A DNA stretch of 64,000 bases from Squalus acanthias (taxonomy: Eukaryota). The translations under genes and the position numbers were made by a program. This document shows, piece by piece, positions 62,121-64,000 of the stretch. Location: contig CM059434.1 of the NCBI GenBank assembly GCA_030390025.1, forward strand, positions 106,454,001 to 106,518,000, in the 5' to 3' direction. The notes under the pieces are model-generated. The model was not told the DNA's origin, ran no database searches, and saw nothing but the letters and a program-made list of their open reading frames with translations. Numbering within the stretch: the stretch's first letter is position 1; each line of letters opens with the position of its first letter.

Positions 62121-64000
62121 CTTAGCCAAGCTAGTGAACAGTTCCGCATATACTGTAGAAGGCAGGAGTGAGCCGCACTGTCTTCTGCAATATTATACAG
62201 CAAGAAAGTCCTATGTACAACATAAGGCTTTAATATTTGGGTTACAGAGTTATAAACCTGGTCAAAGGTGCTGCGGTGGTTTGTCAATGTCATCTTACAG
62301 CTGAAATTTCTCAGGATTGGGGTGTATTTTTAAGTGAAATTGCTTACTATAAAACTGAGAGGCAACAATGAAAATGCCTCCCTCACACACTAGCAAAATG
62401 TTGTGCTTCAGTAAAAATGGCCTCACATGTGATGCATCAGCCAAGACTAGTATAGAATTGTAATATTCCCATGTGGCAGAAGCAAAGGTCTGGCAGTAAC
62501 GTGCAGCCGGACTTGTGAAAATTGATCTTAGATTACAAAACTGTTATTTCACGAAACAATCTACTGATGGATTCAAATCATCATTGAATTGCTTGGGTGT
62601 TTTTGAAAAACAATTACTGAGATAATTAATATTTTCTGGGCAGTTACTATTAACGTAATGGTTAGATCCTGGAGCAAATGTCCAATTGATACAATATCCA
62701 TACTGACTACCTTGCTGTGGGGAGAGAAATGATTTTTTCTCATCTCTAACTTTGTTTGACACTTGTAAATTTTGTGTTTGGGCCCTCTAGTCTTTTGCTC
62801 ATTGTTCAAGATAATTCGTTTATTTACTTCCACCTCATCTATATTTTCATTATCTGAAGATCTGTATCATATCCCACCTCAGTCTTTTCTCCCGTGAAAG
62901 ACATTTACGTTGCTGGAGCCTTTTTTCATAACTTAGTAGCCTAAAGCCTGAAATCATCCTAGACACTCTTCTCTGAATCCTTGCTAATGCATCAATGAGG
63001 CAGGATAATCAAAATTACTTGTCTAACTGCAGCTTTGGCTTAGTCACTGATCTGTGCAATGTCACCGTGACTTGTTTTGATTTGCAGTCCAATGCGCTGC
63101 AGTACCCAATTTGCCTTATTAATAACTTTGGAGGAAAACAGCACCAGATGGCTCCATTAGCCATTACCTTGGGGTGGAAGCTAGGAGATGCATTGATTGC
63201 AGGATTAAGAGTTAAATAAATGGAGTGATCGCAAGAGTATAGTCGAGAGGTGTAGCAGCATAGTGGGAAGTTTTTGATTACATGTGCTGTCTGCAGTATT
63301 CAGTTTCAATAAAAATCCTGTGGGTTTCTGCCACTTCCATTTCTGTACCGTTCAAACACTGCCCAGTAATCACTGTCCAGCATCACCCAGAGATAGTTGG
63401 TTTACATCTTTAGGAACCCTTTAATTTACAAGGCTCAAGATTCAGGAAACTATTTCAACTCAAATATTAATATAGACTTTGTGGGAAGGTGAGCCATTGT
63501 ATGAGTTAATAAAAAAACCTGTCTGACTTACATTACTAGTGGATCAGAGAATTCACTTATCATTTCCAGCAAGATAAGATCTCACTTATTCAGAATGAAA
63601 TTAAAACCAATATTCTGGTCTATCCAAAATAAGCTCAGAAAAATTATTAAAATATTTTTACTCAGCAGGACACTGTTTATTTGATACATTTTAAATTGTT
63701 ACCAGCCAACCCCCGTTCATATACTGGCTGCTAAAATAGTGCATACAGTATCGTAATTTCTCTCTTCTGCACCAGACCTAGACAAGGCACTTTAGCAGCC
63801 ACTATGCAAATAGACATCAAAATAAAAAGTTGGCCACTATAGAACTCGTTAAGGTGTTGGCTCATAGAAAGTCTGGCTCTGTAGGGACTAGCAGCCTTCC
63901 TTGGGTCTATCCCTCAAGGCTATTCGAATGTGCTCACTTTCCAGCAGGGATCACTGGATAATGATTAGATGTGGGACCTGGCAGATTGTTTCCCCCCTCC

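Noticed and set aside
57248-64000. Search for MAPK12 exons 1-3 (e.g. VIGLLDVFTP)
   Set aside because: No convincing match by eye; these exons probably lie beyond the window's right edge.

Overview
This is eukaryotic, repeat-rich vertebrate genomic DNA, almost certainly from a shark or ray, because it carries an HE1 V-SINE, a SacSINE1-like Deu-SINE and abundant CR1 LINEs. It holds two convergent protein-coding genes. On the + strand is an unrecognised two-exon gene (2352-2450 + 8866-10092, 441 aa) with a CpG-rich first exon, a long, probably helical N-terminal region and a MYND zinc finger. On the - strand are exons 4-12 of MAPK12 (p38-gamma; 57247 down to 37165), with a TGY activation loop, a U12-type intron and a C-terminal PDZ-ligand motif (KETTV); exons 1-3 were not found in the window. 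Most of the rest is transposon-derived: two near-full-length CR1 LINEs with esterase-type ORF1, many CR1, CR1-Zenon-like, L2 and RTE fragments, SINEs, and Tigger-, hAT- and Harbinger-like MITEs. There are also Penelope-like remnants, one with an intact minimal hammerhead ribozyme core (13397-13433). The best leads are the orphan MYND gene, the hammerhead, and an HE1 SINE with a swapped CR1 tail. All family names come from reading motifs by eye, not from database searches.
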